A program made the position numbers and the translations under genes. A stretch of 64,000 bases of DNA from Pirellulales bacterium (GTDB lineage Bacteria > Planctomycetota > Planctomycetia > Pirellulales > JAICIG01), in contig DASZPH010000071.1 of the NCBI GenBank assembly GCA_035550375.1, positions 12,253 to 76,252 of the forward strand, given 5' to 3'. This document shows, piece by piece, positions 62,689-64,000 of this stretch. Each line of letters begins with the position of its first letter. Positions within the stretch are counted from its first letter, which is position 1. Under the pieces are notes generated by a model, which was given only the letters and a program-made list of their open reading frames with translations, searched no databases and was not told where the DNA came from.

Positions 62689-64000
62689 ATGGCCGACGGT
62701 TCCACGATTCGGCTCTCGATGCTCGCCGACGACATCGCGGCGCTCACGCTCGATGCGCCGGGCAAAGGAGCGAACGTTCTCTCCCAGTCGGTGCTCGACG
62801 AACTCGATCGGCACCTGAACGATCTTCAGTCCCGCAGCGACCTGGCGGGCGTCGTCATCCGTTCGGGCAAGCCGGGTATCTTCGTCGCCGGGGCCGACCT
62901 GCGGGAGTTCGCCGCGGCGAAAAACCCAACGCGCGAACAAACGGTGGGCGTCGCCAGCCGGGGGCGAAAGCTGTTCGCCAGACTCTCGAAATGCCCGTTC
63001 GTCACGGTGGCGGCCATCGACGGCGTTTGCGTCGGCGGCGGCGCGGAGTTGGCCATCTGGTGCGACCGGCGGATCATGACCACCAGCCCCAAGGCGCAAT
63101 TCGGGTTTCCCGAGGTAAAGCTCGGCATCTTTCCCGGTTGGGGAGGGACCGTGCGGGCGCCCCGCATCGTCGGACTGGGCAACGCCGTCGAACTGGTCAC
63201 AGGCGGAGAATCGATCGACGGTCAGGCGGCTCTGAAGATGGGGATCGTTTCGGATCTTGTCGCCAGCGAGCGGCTGGAAGCGGCCGCGATTGGACTGGTG
63301 CGTGCCGAGGCCAAAACCAAGGAGTACCTCGCCGACCGTGAGCGCTGGCACCGGCCGCTCGAAATAGACGAGACCGAGCTTGGATTCCTGGGCGCGACCG
63401 CGTCGGCCTACATCCAGTCGCAAACCAAAGGGCACTACCCTGCTCCCCTGGCCGCTTTGGAAGTGCTTCTTGGATCGGCCGGGCTCGACGCCGACGCCGC
63501 GGGCGACGCGGAGGCCGAAGCCTTCGCCAGCCTCTTCGGCACGCCCATCAATCGAGCCCTGATCAACGTCTTTTTCCTTAGTGATCGCAACAAGAAGGAC
63601 ACCGGCGTCGAAGGGAACATCACGCCGCGCCAGATTGGCTCGGTGGGCGTTTTCGGGGCCGGCATCATGGGGGCCGGCATTTCGGCCGCCGTGGTCAAGC
63701 GAGAGCTGCCCGTGACCCTGTCCGACGCCCTGCCGCAAGCGCTCGCTTCGGGCGTGCAAAAAATCCTGGAGGAGGTGTCGTACAACAAGCAGACCAAGGC
63801 GAGCGACGCGCACCGCATGCTCAAGTTCGCCCCCCTGGTGAACGCCACGACCGTCGACGCCGAATACGCGCGTTGCGACCTCGTCATCGAGGCCGTCGTG
63901 GAGAACCCCAAGGTCAAGGTGGAACTCTACCAGCGAATCGAGCCCCTCTTGGGCGAAAACACGATTCTGGCGAGCAACACGTCGGCCATTTCCATCGGGC
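62689..64000 (+). CDS. Fatty-acid oxidation multifunctional enzyme (enoyl-CoA hydratase + 3-hydroxyacyl-CoA dehydrogenase, FadB/FadJ-like), 5' part; runs off the right edge
   Basis: Absent from the ORF track because it has no stop in the window. AAGGAG (62678-62683) lies 5 nt before the ATG at 62689. MADGSTIRLSMLADDIAALTLDAPGKGANVLS...GKPGIFVAGADLREF...AAIDGVCVGGGAELAIWCDRR...FGFPEVKLGIFPGWGGT (crotonase fold), then VGVFGAGIMGAGISAA (NAD-binding) ...LASNTSAISI. ORF 62650..63813 (-) is its mirror frame. Confidence 0.85.
   Translation, partial: MADGSTIRLSMLADDIAALTLDAPGKGANVLSQSVLDELDRHLNDLQSRSDLAGVVIRSGKPGIFVAGADLREFAAAKNPTREQTVGVASRGRKLFARLSKCPFVTVAAIDGVCVGGGAELAIWCDRRIMTTSPKAQFGFPEVKLGIFPGWGGTVRAPRIVGLGNAVELVTGGESIDGQAALKMGIVSDLVASERLEAAAIGLVRAEAKTKEYLADRERWHRPLEIDETELGFLGATASAYIQSQTKGHYPAPLAALEVLLGSAGLDADAAGDAEAEAFASLFGTPINRALINVFFLSDRNKKDTGVEGNITPRQIGSVGVFGAGIMGAGISAAVVKRELPVTLSDALPQALASGVQKILEEVSYNKQTKASDAHRMLKFAPLVNATTVDAEYARCDLVIEAVVENPKVKVELYQRIEPLLGENTILASNTSAISIG

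Noticed and set aside
1-64000. Scan for rRNA, tRNA, tmRNA, CRISPR arrays, transposases and integrases
   Set aside because: I saw no T-loop/acceptor-like tRNA signatures in the intergenic gaps, no regularly spaced direct repeats, and no transposase or integrase motifs in any frame I read. The scan was by eye only. tRNAscan-SE, Infernal and ISfinder searches are needed to confirm their absence.

Overview
This is a high-GC bacterial chromosomal segment. Hand-counted 60-nt lines in typical genes gave 60-80% G+C. The gene content suggests Planctomycetota, which is inference only. The supporting features are two Tat-signal DUF1501 genes, a Tat-exported Gfo/Idh/MocA oxidoreductase, a 'WSLRTML'-type membrane anchor, and many exported low-complexity or Cys-rich proteins. 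I call about 50 protein-coding genes. I found no rRNA, tRNA, CRISPR array or intact mobile element. Two real genes run off the window edges and are missing from the ORF track: a membrane protein at 1..742 (-) and a FadB/FadJ-like enzyme at 62689..64000 (+). The ORF track translates GTG/TTG starts as M. It also contains many long Arg/Pro-rich mirror-frame ORFs, which are typical of high-GC DNA and which I ignored.

Housekeeping blocks: rfbF, rsmA, ribE, pssA-psd, ruvA-ruvC-cysS-ispF, rpoD, pcm.

Accessory content that I consider most worth follow-up:
1. A heavy-metal RND efflux cluster (26.1-33.5 kb). Its periplasmic adaptor is a natural tandem fusion of two adaptor modules. The cluster is bracketed by a His-rich small protein and a Cys-rich lipoprotein, and has no outer-membrane factor or regulator gene.
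2. A MarR unit (42.2-45.5 kb). An identical 15-nt AT-rich operator sits inside two promoters, upstream of marR and upstream of a QueG-like Fe-S/SCP2 fusion and a ferredoxin-MBL fusion.
3. A divergent pair of specialised NusG paralogs (54.5-56.7 kb). One is truncated to the KOW half. The full-length copy heads a putative operon of three exported helical-repeat proteins, and the other side leads toward a Wza-like exporter.
4. A four-TM protein whose C-terminal domain has a caspase/CHAT-like His...Cys dyad. It is divergently paired with an exported protein carrying about 10 EF-hand loops.
5. Two roughly 70%-identical exported paralogs of protein-isoaspartate methyltransferase, each with a roughly 190-aa C-terminal beta-rich extension.
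6. A lower-GC patch (21.7-24.4 kb) with an LRR protein and a decayed ORF.

All family assignments rest on motif recognition by eye. No database search was run.
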